DNA from: Fimbriimonadales bacterium
Lineage (GTDB): Bacteria; Armatimonadota; Fimbriimonadia; Fimbriimonadales; ATM1
DNA length: 47,899 nucleotides
Assembly: GCA_041744215.1 (NCBI GenBank)
Contig: JBGTLG010000035.1
Coordinates: forward strand, 1-47,899
Direction of reading: 5' to 3'
The notes under the pieces were generated by a model, which saw only the letters and a list, made by a program, of their open reading frames with translations, did no database searches and was not told where the DNA came from. Both the position numbers and the translations under genes were made by a program. Positions 1 through 9,532 of the stretch are shown here, in pieces (within the stretch, counting starts at the first letter, position 1; every line of letters starts with the position of its first letter).

Positions 1-99
1 GCGCACCGCTCTTCGGGCAGCAGCGCGGGCAGCGAGCCGATTTCCGTCTTCTTCACCGGGCAGTCGCCTGGCGGCTACTCGGAAGAGCAGGCAGCTTAG
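1..99 (+). CDS. 3' end of a gene truncated by the window edge; probable paralog of the helical+FnIII-like protein at 39032-39679
   Basis: Frame 1 is open to TAG at 97-99 and reads AHRSSGSSAGSEPISVFFTGQSPGGYSEEQAA. This aligns by eye with the C-terminus VERRGILSEPSDPVVVFSEGGGSPELILLEDAA. Confidence 0.55.
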   Translation, partial: AHRSSGSSAGSEPISVFFTGQSPGGYSEEQAA

Positions 100-177
100 C
101 CTCTCCGGTTCACGACCCGCTGATTTGCTGGTGGCTTGGCACGGGTGTTAATGTACAATGCCCGCCGAGGTAAAGAC

Positions 178-732
178 ATGCGCAGACTCTTCCATACACT
201 TTTGGCTGGTTTCGTCGTCGTTTCGGGCGCGTTCGCGCAGTATCAGGACTGCAGTTGCCCAGGCTCTTGGGTCGCGGGCCAACATGACGGCAGTGAACAG
301 TCGATTCCGATGGGACCGATCCTTATCGAGAGCAAAACCTCGGTAGATTGCGTACCGTTCTCGATCCTCGCCCATTCCCATTCCGAGTGGAAAACCGACA
401 TATGCGGGGAATCCGGGGGTTCTTGCGCTTCGCTGGCTTGGATCGAGCCGCTCCAGGCCCTCTACGACAATAGCGGGCTGGTTAGCCTTCCCGTAGAGCA
501 GTACACGGTACCTCCTGGATGGGAAGCGAGAGAGCAACTGTTCTACACAATGGTAGGCCGAGTACAGTCATTCGATTGCGTAGAAAACAATGTTGTGCTA
601 AAAACTCTTTCACGCGCAAGGTTTACAGATGTGAATATGCGGATCGAAGTCCGCATGTTGAAGATTCAAGACTGCCCTGTGCCCGAACCCCCAGTTGGAC
701 CAGGGACCGAGTGCGAGGTCCAATCAAGATGA
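178..732 (+). CDS. secreted cysteine-rich hypothetical protein
   Basis: Start moved to ATG 178 (GAGG upstream; TACAAT at 154-159). Signal peptide MRRLFHTLLAGFVVVSGAFA|Q; 8 Cys in the mature part. Confidence 0.65.
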   Translation: MRRLFHTLLAGFVVVSGAFAQYQDCSCPGSWVAGQHDGSEQSIPMGPILIESKTSVDCVPFSILAHSHSEWKTDICGESGGSCASLAWIEPLQALYDNSGLVSLPVEQYTVPPGWEAREQLFYTMVGRVQSFDCVENNVVLKTLSRARFTDVNMRIEVRMLKIQDCPVPEPPVGPGTECEVQSR

Positions 733-1736
733 ACTTGGGAAGGGTTGCCGCTTTGGCATTCTGCACTGTACTATGCTGCTGCTCTGCCTACGCCCAACCT
801 GACTTTTGGGCTCTCGTTCATGCCGACGATTCGTTGGCCAAGAAGACAATACTGCCGCTCAAGGAGTTCACAGAAGCGCGGAACGCAGCAATTGAACTCG
901 GTTACGAAGTAATCGCAGAAGGCAAAATCGCATACTTTGTGCCTGTTCCTGCTTGGTCTGGTGGGCCTGGAGTGGCCATGTTGGATCTCCTAACAGATGC
1001 GATCGAGAGCGGATTCGATCGTCCCATCGACCCCTTGACTTTGCCCGGCTTTCAGCGCGATCACTTGGTGCGGTATCAGAAGCAAATGAAACTAGGAGGC
1101 GACTTAGGCGAACTGATGAAGAATTCACCGCTGAGGGAGGTCAAAGTCTCACTTTCAATCGATGTCGTCTTTCGCTCGGGTGACCGAAGTTTTATCGTTC
1201 CCTTCTCGCCGAAACAAATCGCAGGCCACTTCGGTCCCGCCAGGAAGGTAGAAACGATGCCAAAATCGGTTCCCGTCGAGTACCCAGACAGGCCGGAGCT
1301 CTTCGGACTAAGGTCCACGGATTTTGCATTGAGCGTTTCGAGGCAGACGGACTCCAATGTTTTTGATCGCATTTTCGAACGCGCCAAGGAGCTTGTCATG
1401 CGCCGAAGCGGCGAGGTGCTTCGTCAGATCGACCAAATGGTCGAGAGAGCGCTCGAAGCCGAGTTCGCTTCAGAAGATGCGAAGAGGTTTTTGGAGGGGG
1501 AAGCGATCGGCTTCGGCGACCTGCCGCGAGGCTTGCGCCAGTTTCTGTCGGATGGCGGAAGACGATTCCCACATTGGTTCGGACTTTCCGACCCGAACGA
1601 CGCAGACTCATTCTTGGCGTCGTGCGCTGTGTCTGTTCGGCCAGGATTCTCAAGAGCGTTCGTCGATTTCACTATCAAAAGACCGAACGGGCAACCCGCC
1701 ACAGTGAGCTTTGAGATCCAGGAAATCGCCAGGTGA
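729..1736 (+). CDS. secreted hypothetical protein
   Basis: ATG 729 overlaps the upstream TGA (ATGA). Signal peptide MNLGRVAALAFCTVLCCCSAYA|Q; long open frame. Confidence 0.7.
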   Translation: MNLGRVAALAFCTVLCCCSAYAQPDFWALVHADDSLAKKTILPLKEFTEARNAAIELGYEVIAEGKIAYFVPVPAWSGGPGVAMLDLLTDAIESGFDRPIDPLTLPGFQRDHLVRYQKQMKLGGDLGELMKNSPLREVKVSLSIDVVFRSGDRSFIVPFSPKQIAGHFGPARKVETMPKSVPVEYPDRPELFGLRSTDFALSVSRQTDSNVFDRIFERAKELVMRRSGEVLRQIDQMVERALEAEFASEDAKRFLEGEAIGFGDLPRGLRQFLSDGGRRFPHWFGLSDPNDADSFLASCAVSVRPGFSRAFVDFTIKRPNGQPATVSFEIQEIAR

Positions 1737-1765
1737 GCCGCGGCGAGGAGCCTCAAGATGCAAAG

Positions 1766-2884
1766 TCAGCGGGAAGTCCGCATTGAGAGACTGAAAGCTG
1801 CCGCCTTGACAGTTTCGAGCGCTAGGGATGCGAGTCGCGCAGGGTCATCACCGTCGTCGGTCGAAAACTCCACCAACGTTTGTCCACGTCCGACCAACCG
1901 AGGCCCTGCGGCCCGAGCTTGGAACGCCTCGGGCATCGAATCAAAAAACAGATTCAGCGCGGCGACGGCCTCCGCGGCGCGAACGGTCGCCCGATCGCCC
2001 CTAAGCTCAAAGAGGGGCCGCTCACCAAAGCGCACCAAGACCGAGCCTTGTTGCTCAATCGCAACCGCCCTAAACGAAGTCGTGACCTTACTCCGCTCCA
2101 TTGGGATTGAATGCTCAGCTAACAATTCGGCCAGCTTGCGCACGCGGGTGGCGCTTGGAGGGTGCGTGCGAAAGATCCCCCAGTCGATGCGTGGACTGCT
2201 CTTCTCGCGGAAAGCCAGCCGTTCCAAAAAGGTGAGCATCGCCACCGGATGGTAGTCGGTCTTTGTCATGTAGAAAAAGCCGGTTCGGTCGGCATCAAGC
2301 TCAGCGTTCTGACTCCAGCCACTAGTTAGCGACTGGCGAAGCGCTTGCGCTGTTGTGATCAGCGCGCCAGCGGCGTCTCCCCCTGAAAATATTGCTGCGA
2401 TGATAACGGGGAGCGTTAGCAAGTCGACCTTGCTTCTCTCGCGCATAAGCGTGATAACGTGGCGATTTGCTGCGTGTGCCACTTCGTGTGCAATAACGGC
2501 AGCCAGTTCATCGTCGCTCTCAGCCTCGTTCAATAGTCCGACGTTAACATATATGAAGCCTCCGGGCACGGAGAATGCGTTAACATCGTTGTCGTCGATC
2601 ACCTTGAAGACGTACTCGAACTGGTGGTGGTGCTTATCGCCGTAGATTGCGCCGAAATTGTAGGTGTTCGCAATCTTTGCAAGTTCAGCTCCGATCCTCT
2701 GAACTCGCTCAATGTGGACCGGATCTTCGGAAAGGCGTAGCTCTTTCTCGATTTCGGTGATGTACTCGCGCCCGAGCTTCGCGTCGGATTCAGCCTCACT
2801 CTTTCGCTTTTCGACGTCATCCTGCGCCGCCACCAAGGTTGGGGCGACGAGAAGAAGCGCGACAAGGGAGGCTATTGCTCGCAT
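1766..2884 (-). CDS. M48 family zinc metallopeptidase, secreted
   Basis: Signal peptide, VNAFSVPGG, HEVAH (HEXXH), ELDAD and THPP motifs typical of M48. Confidence 0.92.
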   Translation of the reverse strand: MRAIASLVALLLVAPTLVAAQDDVEKRKSEAESDAKLGREYITEIEKELRLSEDPVHIERVQRIGAELAKIANTYNFGAIYGDKHHHQFEYVFKVIDDNDVNAFSVPGGFIYVNVGLLNEAESDDELAAVIAHEVAHAANRHVITLMRERSKVDLLTLPVIIAAIFSGGDAAGALITTAQALRQSLTSGWSQNAELDADRTGFFYMTKTDYHPVAMLTFLERLAFREKSSPRIDWGIFRTHPPSATRVRKLAELLAEHSIPMERSKVTTSFRAVAIEQQGSVLVRFGERPLFELRGDRATVRAAEAVAALNLFFDSMPEAFQARAAGPRLVGRGQTLVEFSTDDGDDPARLASLALETVKAAAFSLSMRTSR

Positions 2885-3121
2885 CGGGTTCTATTCTGAC
2901 GTACCATCCGCCCAAGAGTGCCGTTGGAACTCCTCATTCAGGACTCCTGACAGACTACTAAGGGACACCTGCCCAAACTTGAAGTTGGTGTAAGGTAGGC
3001 GAATCGTCATCAGGCCGCCCCTGTGACGGCCACCTGTACTCGCAAATGGGTGCTGGGGTTGCCACCAAGGCGCCGCTGAGTCGGCGAACAAACCCAAAGG
3101 ACTACGAGAAGGAGAGTTTCA

Positions 3122-4261
3122 GTGACATTGACTGTAGTGATCGCGAGCATGATGTTCGCTTATCCGGCGCTCGAAATCCAAAGAATTGACTATAACGAGA
3201 AGGGGCTTCTTCAGGGAATCACCCGCGCAAAACTGGAAGAGTTCTATAAGCGAGATGAGGCGCTACTTGATAAGCTCCGAGCGTCATCTGACGCTGAGCG
3301 GCGATCAAAGCTTGAGAAAGTGATTGAGGCAACCGCACCCCTCAGGTCGACGCTCGAACAATACTCCCAGTCGAATCGCGAGCTACGGTTGTTTACTACG
3401 AGGGCGCGCCAACTAATGGAAGGCAAGTCAAATCTTGCAAGCGATGCGCGGATGGAAAGCCTCCGAAAGCACTTCTCAGATAATGAAGTCATGATCAAGC
3501 GGACAGCTGCGCAAGCGCTGAGCGCGAATCCTGATGTCGTGAAGAAAGTGAAATCGCTTCATCATGATAATCGAAATCAGTCCGGCCTCGCGTTCACCAA
3601 GTCGCGTCTGGCTCAGGCTACCATTAGCGACAGGGTTCCTCGGACAATTGAGCGCAAACCTTATCCGGACGCTGTGTTTGGTCCGCAGTACCTCATTCAA
3701 TCTGCTCGTTACCACGCATCTAACTTCTCATCAGGCGACGCCTCGGCAAGCATCAACCAGCGAAATGCTCAAGTAAATCTCAGCGCTCACGCTATTGCGC
3801 CCTTCGGATCGTACACCGCGTTAGGAACCGTCGGCGTAATGATCCAGAAGCCTCAAAACGCAAAACGCATGCGAGCAAGCCTTCAGTTTCAGTACGACTT
3901 TTCTGGGTCGGTGTTCATCGTAGGGGGCTTAGGAGAACTGTACTTCGATGTCGAGTTTGCTGTCACATCGCTGCAAAATGGAACCAAGTTGCGCGGCACT
4001 GGAAGTGACCTGGAAACGCACGACATCTCTGGAATCCAGTACTTCGAAATGGAGGTAGTTTACGATTCGATCGCAGGATTTCACGACGTACGTGAGCGAA
4101 AGAACGGAGTGCTCAGCGTTGAGTACGAATTGCCTGCAAGAACGGAGATGTTTATGCTGTATGTTCGGCCAGTCCTCACATCCATCGTGATGCTAACGGC
4201 GGAGTCCCGCGGGCAAGTGCTGTTCACCCCGACGGAGATACTGATCGAATTCCTGAACTAA
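3122..4261 (+). CDS. secreted hypothetical protein (helical N-half, beta-rich C-half)
   Basis: 379-aa ORF with GTG start after AAGGAG and a hydrophobic N-terminus; no family recognised. Confidence 0.7.
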   Translation: MTLTVVIASMMFAYPALEIQRIDYNEKGLLQGITRAKLEEFYKRDEALLDKLRASSDAERRSKLEKVIEATAPLRSTLEQYSQSNRELRLFTTRARQLMEGKSNLASDARMESLRKHFSDNEVMIKRTAAQALSANPDVVKKVKSLHHDNRNQSGLAFTKSRLAQATISDRVPRTIERKPYPDAVFGPQYLIQSARYHASNFSSGDASASINQRNAQVNLSAHAIAPFGSYTALGTVGVMIQKPQNAKRMRASLQFQYDFSGSVFIVGGLGELYFDVEFAVTSLQNGTKLRGTGSDLETHDISGIQYFEMEVVYDSIAGFHDVRERKNGVLSVEYELPARTEMFMLYVRPVLTSIVMLTAESRGQVLFTPTEILIEFLN

Positions 4262-4294
4262 AGCTCATCCTTACATCCAGCCGGCAGCCAAAGT

Positions 4295-4318
4295 CCACTA
4301 GGTGCAGTGCGCTAGTGG
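4295..4318 (+). terminator. possible terminator hairpin
   Basis: CCACTAG-N10-CTAGTGG followed by CGTTGTTT, about 35 nt after the stop of 3122-4261. Confidence 0.35.
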
Positions 4319-4727
4319 CGTTGTTTCTGCTTGGACTACTCACAATCTCACCTGCAGATGGCGTCATCTACAAAGCCGAACTGCCGAATGAGTCCATACA
4401 GCGGTTTCGTATTGCCCTGCTTAAGGCTCGCGCCCGCCCACCGACTCGGCGGCAATGCTCTCCGAACACAGTATGAGGGCCTGTGCCAATTGGTTCAGAT
4501 GCTATCTCAGGATTAAGTCGATCGCGACGTCAGTCCTTCGGAGATTTGGCAGAGCGGATGTGCACGCAAAGCTCGCTCCACCAGGATTGGAACTGGTTCC
4601 ATGAGCCATGAGGTCAACTCACCACGAGGCGTGGGAGGTGGCCTTTGACACGACGGGACCGCTAGGGGCGTCTAATCATATACGTGGGCACAGGACGGCC
4701 CGAATAAGAGATATCAGGACGAAATTC

Positions 4728-5390
4728 ATGACTTTCACGACCATCGGTGCTTTACTTTTTGCTTGCGCGGCGCACGTATCTGACGAGAAGAGCCTCACTA
4801 ACGCCGAGCTTAGAGCCTACGTCGAGAAAGGCGTTGGTCACGCCAGTTCATTTGCGAAATCGGAGGCGTTCGGCAAAGTCCTAATCTCGCTCAAGCGCGA
4901 GGGTTACGTCATCGACGAACTGTTTTTCGGAAAAGACGACCGCTTCAACGGAATGGTGATGTGGCTGAAGGGCGGATACGACATTGTGCTTTATGCAGAG
5001 TTTGATGGCGTCAACAAGAAGGCGGCGGACAAAGTTGGAAGAAGCATTCCCTACACGACAGGCTGGAAGACCGGGAAAAACAGGCTGGGCCCTGCGCAAA
5101 CAGAGATCCTCGAGGCTGCACAAAACGAGTTTAAGCTGACGCGGATCGGTGTCACAGTTCCACGCACCTATGCGACACAACCTGCGAGAGCCGCTGCAGT
5201 CGCATTTGGCGCCCTCGTTATCGACCAGCTCGAGTCGATGATGGGCAAGCCATCGGCAAAGCGATTCACGTGGGATGCGAACGGTGCGAACAACGTCGAT
5301 GGTTGGAAGGCATCATGGAAGGATGGGGTTCAGTTCATTGATGTTGTCGGCATTGAGAATGCGCATCAAATCTGGATTCCTGTGAAGTGA
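4728..5390 (+). CDS. secreted hypothetical protein
   Basis: Start moved to ATG 4728 (AGGA upstream); signal-like MTFTTIGALLFACAAHVS. Confidence 0.65.
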   Translation: MTFTTIGALLFACAAHVSDEKSLTNAELRAYVEKGVGHASSFAKSEAFGKVLISLKREGYVIDELFFGKDDRFNGMVMWLKGGYDIVLYAEFDGVNKKAADKVGRSIPYTTGWKTGKNRLGPAQTEILEAAQNEFKLTRIGVTVPRTYATQPARAAAVAFGALVIDQLESMMGKPSAKRFTWDANGANNVDGWKASWKDGVQFIDVVGIENAHQIWIPVK

Positions 5391-5478
5391 GGCTCTTCTC
5401 GGAGCGGTTGCAGCACGAAGTGCTGCAACTCGGACCTCGGCAAATCCCGCACCGCGTAGCGGTAGACTTCACATTCCA

Positions 5479-5928
5479 ATGCCAGTCATCGAACAGTCCC
5501 TCCTGATCAACGCGCCTATAGAAAAGGTGTTCGCCATCGCACGCGACGCGGAAAAGTATCCTGAGTACATGCCCGACGTAAAGTCGATCGAAATCATTTC
5601 GAAGAGTGAAGACGGAAACTCCCTTACAACCAAATGGTCGGGCAAAATCCCACAGTTCGGGCTGACCGTCAGATGGACACAGGATGAAAAGTGGGAGCCC
5701 ACATCGCACCGATCAGAATTCAAGCAATCCCAAGGGGATTACGACAAGCTTGAAGGTTGGTGGAAGTTTACGGTTGAAGGAAGCGGAACGCGATTCGATT
5801 CGTGGTTAGACTACGAGTACAACGTCCCTCTTGTAGGTCCGCTGTTGAAGAAGGTCGTCCATCATATCGTCCAACAGAACATCGATGGAATCATGAAGGC
5901 GATCAAGGAGCGGGCCGAGTCGCATTAA
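5479..5928 (+). CDS. SRPBCC/START-fold protein (polyketide cyclase/RatA-like)
   Basis: IEQSLLINAPIEKVF...YPEYMP...GDYDKLEGWWKF...IKERAE pattern, 149 aa. Confidence 0.9.
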   Translation: MPVIEQSLLINAPIEKVFAIARDAEKYPEYMPDVKSIEIISKSEDGNSLTTKWSGKIPQFGLTVRWTQDEKWEPTSHRSEFKQSQGDYDKLEGWWKFTVEGSGTRFDSWLDYEYNVPLVGPLLKKVVHHIVQQNIDGIMKAIKERAESH

Positions 5929-7787
5929 GCTGCGCGCTCAGATTCATCTTCAGTGATTATCGCCAAGTTTGCTGCCGCTCGATCGTGACTCTCGTCGAGT
6001 TCGAGCGCTTGGCGGTATGCGAGCGCCGCGCCATCATACGACCCTGCGCGATACAAAGCGTTGCCTAGCATGAACCAACCTTCTGCAAAGTACGGCTCGA
6101 ATCCCAGACCCTTTTGGTAAGCCTCAGCCGCCTCAAGAGCGAACCCTTGTCGAAGCAGAAGATCGGCCGCGCAAAAGTATGCGTTCGCATGATCGGGTTG
6201 CGTTTCGATAGCCTGTTGATAGCACTCGAGAGCGTTCTGATTTCTTCCGGTCGACTCAAATGCTCGACCTGCGGCCACACACAACTCGGCATCAAATTCA
6301 AACTGGTCAGCGCCCGCTGAGAAAGCTGTGACAAGTTCACTCCCGTCCTCTGCCATTTCAGCCGCACGCAACCACCCGATCCACAGGTCCCGGTGCGTCG
6401 GTGCGGACGCGAAGGCTTCCCTTGCGGCGACGACCGCTTCTTCTGCGCGGTTCAATTCGAGGAGGATCGAGGACTCAAGCGACTTCGCGCGATGCTGCTC
6501 GATTGCGCGATCACCTGGCTCGCCCGGCGCAAGCTTCTTGCCACGAGCCGCCCGAACTGCCGCGAGCGCTTCTTCAAGTCGCCCTTGCTCCGCGAGAATG
6601 CAGGACCGTGCGTAGTCGATTAGAATGCCTCCGATACCACTCTTCTCAGCTCTATCGCAAACCTCAATTGCTTCATCATGACGTGCGACCTGGAGGAGAG
6701 CGAACGCCCAAAGGTGCATCATAAACTGCGCATGCGGTGCCCTACCATTGACATCAGCGCGCGAAAAGGTCTCTGCTGCCTCTTCAAATCTCCCTGCTGA
6801 AAAGTATGCGTTGCCAAGATTGAACAAGTGGAAAGAATCGGTGGGGTTCAGCGCCAACTCGGATTCCAACATCGAGAATGTGCGCTGTGCTTTTCCTTTA
6901 CGCTCAATCTCAGACTTTTGATAGCCAAAGTGATCGATGTGTATTCCATCGAGTTGTGCGACCTGCAGCCCAAGAGCTTCAATGGACGTCGTGATCTGCT
7001 CGTGAATTTTGCCTTCGAACCTGATCGACGGATGAAGCCGAAAGAGCCTGCAGGGTCGATGTTCGAGCCTGTCGCGGGTCAGATCGTCAGATAGAAAATT
7101 GATCATCGGAATCGTAAATCCGCCAAAGTGAGGACGAACCATCGCAGATAGCAGTGCGGTTAGCGAATTCGGCGACAACCGCTCGTCCGCGTCGATCCAT
7201 AGCGCCCAGTTTCCCGACGCCAGCTCCAGCGACGCGTTTCGCGCAGCGGAGAAATCATCGCACCAATCAAAGTGGCCAATGACGGCACCAAAGCTCTCTG
7301 CGATCTTTACCGTGTTGTCTGTCGATCCCGTATCCACGACAACAATCTCATCGCAGATTCCATCCAATGTTGCCAGACACTCGGTAAGGTGCGCTTCCTC
7401 GTCTCGGACGATCATGCACGCGCTAAGTCGCAAGTCAGGTAGCGGATTGAGGTCGATGCCCCGCTCGATCGCAAGTTCTCGGATTGATTCCAGCGCGGCG
7501 GAAGACTCCTGATCCGAGATTTTCAACCGGCGGTCTGCCTGAATCTTGAGGTGAAAGTGAGCCGCAAGAGTTTTGATCAGCTCGTCGCCTGATGCTGCCT
7601 CCGCGTAATGAAGCGCTTGCGCCTCGCGCGCTCGTGCGCACAAGCACAGCCCGTAAGCCGCATTTAGATCTGGATCGTTTGGATAGCGCCTGGCACCCTC
7701 AGCAAGCGCTGCCTCGGCTTCGTCCCAGCTGCGTTCTGCCTGTAGAGATCGAGCGGATTCGAGGTAGGTCGCTGGTGTCAAAGGCAT
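5925..7787 (-). CDS. TPR-containing GT2 glycosyltransferase (flagellin-glycosylation-type architecture)
   Basis: LSACMIVRDEE, DTGSTD, WCDDFSAARN, WIDADE, IHEQ and HFGY motifs, flanked by TPR repeats. Confidence 0.92.
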   Translation of the reverse strand: MPLTPATYLESARSLQAERSWDEAEAALAEGARRYPNDPDLNAAYGLCLCARAREAQALHYAEAASGDELIKTLAAHFHLKIQADRRLKISDQESSAALESIRELAIERGIDLNPLPDLRLSACMIVRDEEAHLTECLATLDGICDEIVVVDTGSTDNTVKIAESFGAVIGHFDWCDDFSAARNASLELASGNWALWIDADERLSPNSLTALLSAMVRPHFGGFTIPMINFLSDDLTRDRLEHRPCRLFRLHPSIRFEGKIHEQITTSIEALGLQVAQLDGIHIDHFGYQKSEIERKGKAQRTFSMLESELALNPTDSFHLFNLGNAYFSAGRFEEAAETFSRADVNGRAPHAQFMMHLWAFALLQVARHDEAIEVCDRAEKSGIGGILIDYARSCILAEQGRLEEALAAVRAARGKKLAPGEPGDRAIEQHRAKSLESSILLELNRAEEAVVAAREAFASAPTHRDLWIGWLRAAEMAEDGSELVTAFSAGADQFEFDAELCVAAGRAFESTGRNQNALECYQQAIETQPDHANAYFCAADLLLRQGFALEAAEAYQKGLGFEPYFAEGWFMLGNALYRAGSYDGAALAYRQALELDESHDRAAANLAIITEDESERAA

Positions 7788-8056
7788 TAGGCAGCCACGC
7801 GCTGCAACATCTGTAGGTGTCGCCTTGCTCCGGCGATGCTGTACATCTCGTCACGCAGCAGTCTTTTGATCGTGAAGACCGTTTGGATGTCTTCAGGTCG
7901 ATATCGTCGTTGGCCGCCCGCCGTTCTCCGAGGAGCAAGAAACTCCTTGAACTCGGTCTCCCAATAGCGCAGGGTGTGAATCTCGACGCCGGTGATTGCG
8001 CTTGCGGCGCTGATGCTCACCGTTTCGGTTCCGTTGTTGGCACCTGTATTCGGCAT
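7787..8056 (-). CDS. short MerR-family HTH regulator with no effector domain
   Basis: Start at ATG 8056 after AGAGGT. ISAASAITGVEIHTLRYWETEF...RTAGGQRRY; its stop overlaps the GT start (TAATG). Confidence 0.87.
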   Translation of the reverse strand: MPNTGANNGTETVSISAASAITGVEIHTLRYWETEFKEFLAPRRTAGGQRRYRPEDIQTVFTIKRLLRDEMYSIAGARRHLQMLQRVAA

Positions 8057-8123
8057 ACCTCTATATTCGCTCCACAAAAACGTGATGTCTGCTCTGTCGT
8101 CCCCGGTCAAATTGTCGGCCTGT

Positions 8124-8141
8124 CCCTGCAAATTTGCAGGG
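8124..8141. promoter_or_regulatory. perfect 18-bp palindrome, probable operator
   Basis: CCCTGCAAATTTGCAGGG in the divergent merR/xerC intergenic region, next to minus-strand GCCGACAA (8119-8112). Confidence 0.5.
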
Positions 8142-8225
8142 TAGCTCGGTTTTCGGAGCGACGCCCGCTGGAGTCTTCGGCGGGTTCGCCGCCAAGCTTT
8201 AGGCTGAATCGACGTCTTAAGTGTC

Positions 8226-9116
8226 GTGGGCGTCACCCTCGACGAGGCGATAGATCAGTTCCTGGCCAGCCTGGCAGCGGGGCGGTCGCCTCACACTGTG
8301 CGAAGTTATGCCAGCGATTTGGCGCAGTTGGCAGCCATCGCCTCCGAAGCCGGGGCCACCGCGCCCAACCAGTTGACCGAAGACGTTGTTCGCGGATACC
8401 TGCGCAGATACGCCAAGACTCCAGTGACGCGGGCGAGGAAGCTCAGCGCAGCAAAGGGGTTCTCGAGGTTCTTAGTTCGCATCGGGCTGGCCGAGCAAGA
8501 TGTATGCGCTGGCTTGGATGCTCCTATTCGCCGCACGCGGTTGCCCAAGGACGTTTCGCCGGAGCAGGCCAGCGCCCTGGTCGAGGCAGAGGTAGGGCGG
8601 TTTCCGCTGCGAGATCGGGCGATCCTCGAATTGCTTTATGGCGCAGGGTTGCGTGCAAGCGAAGTCGTCAAGCTCGACTTAGGGGATTTGGAACTTCGAG
8701 AGCGAAGCGCGCGAGTCATGGGCAAAGGACGCAAAGAGCGCATCGTCTTCTACGGCACCTCCTGCGCCGACGCTATTGCCGCCTATCTCTCTGCCGAGCG
8801 CAAAGCGGGCAGTTCGCAGGCCCTGTTCGTCAATCAGCAAGGAAAGCGCTTGGGGCAGCGAACGCTGCAAAACATCGTTGCGAGACGGAGAGCGCTCGCA
8901 GGCGTCTCGCACGACGTCACCCCGCACTCTCTGCGACACAGTTTCGCGACGCACCTGCTCACCGGAGGTGCTGACTTGAAGACTGTACAACAGTTGCTCG
9001 GGCACGAGAGCTTGGAAACGACGCAGGTGTATACGCATGTGTCCATCGAAAGACTGCGGAAGGTGATAGCAACCAAACACCCGAAAGGTCGGCGGCGTCC
9101 TGACGACCAAAGTTGA
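8226..9116 (+). CDS. xerC: tyrosine recombinase XerC (XerC/D family)
   Basis: SPHTVRSY, RDRAILELLYGAGLRASE, GKGRKER, HSLRH, LLGH and catalytic Y (TQVYTH). Confidence 0.88.
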   Translation: MGVTLDEAIDQFLASLAAGRSPHTVRSYASDLAQLAAIASEAGATAPNQLTEDVVRGYLRRYAKTPVTRARKLSAAKGFSRFLVRIGLAEQDVCAGLDAPIRRTRLPKDVSPEQASALVEAEVGRFPLRDRAILELLYGAGLRASEVVKLDLGDLELRERSARVMGKGRKERIVFYGTSCADAIAAYLSAERKAGSSQALFVNQQGKRLGQRTLQNIVARRRALAGVSHDVTPHSLRHSFATHLLTGGADLKTVQQLLGHESLETTQVYTHVSIERLRKVIATKHPKGRRRPDDQS

Positions 9117-9138
9117 AGGCCCGCGTCTCCGCGGGCCT
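9117..9138. terminator. GC-rich hairpin between convergent genes
   Basis: AGGCCCGCG-TCTC-CGCGGGCCT directly after the xerC stop; no strong U-tract. Confidence 0.6.
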
Positions 9139-9169
9139 GTATAGGAGGGATGTGAGTTGCTTCGGTCAT

Positions 9170-9532
9170 TTAGGCGGGCAACGGTCTGCGCGCCAAATCG
9201 ATGATCTTATTGTTCTGATCGTCGGCAAGTCGAAGCCGTAGTGCATCGACATCTTCGATGCGAAGCAACTGGATCGTTGAATCGCTCGAATGCAGAGCGA
9301 TGAAATGCGATCCTCGCTCTCCTACGATTGTGTATCGTCCTCTACCATCCGTATTGGTGTCGAAGCAGCGGAGATGGTAACTGCCGTATGCATCGAGCGT
9401 GAGCTGAAACCGATTCCCGCCTGCGCCCTTTACCCACGTTCCCGCGAGCGTGCGGCGCAAGGGCGCGTAAATCCTGCTCCAGACCCTGTCGTGCTTTTCG
9501 ACTGTCTCTTTGATTTCATGTGTGGCAATCAT
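9170..9532 (-). CDS. hypothetical protein (small beta-barrel, lipocalin-like pattern)
   Basis: ATG 9532 after AAGGA; LAGTW...GRYTI strand pattern; 120 aa. Confidence 0.55.
   Translation of the reverse strand: MIATHEIKETVEKHDRVWSRIYAPLRRTLAGTWVKGAGGNRFQLTLDAYGSYHLRCFDTNTDGRGRYTIVGERGSHFIALHSSDSTIQLLRIEDVDALRLRLADDQNNKIIDLARRPLPA

Noticed and set aside
2990-3070. c-di-GMP-I riboswitch-like words (GCAAA, GGGGTTGCC); similar words at about 41440-41520
   Set aside because: The GNRA-capped P2 stem and receptor stem could not be built by eye. An Infernal search against RF01051 would settle it.
8226-9116. Integrase of a mobile element
   Set aside because: Size and motifs match housekeeping XerC/D; no att-like repeats, tRNA or phage genes were seen nearby.
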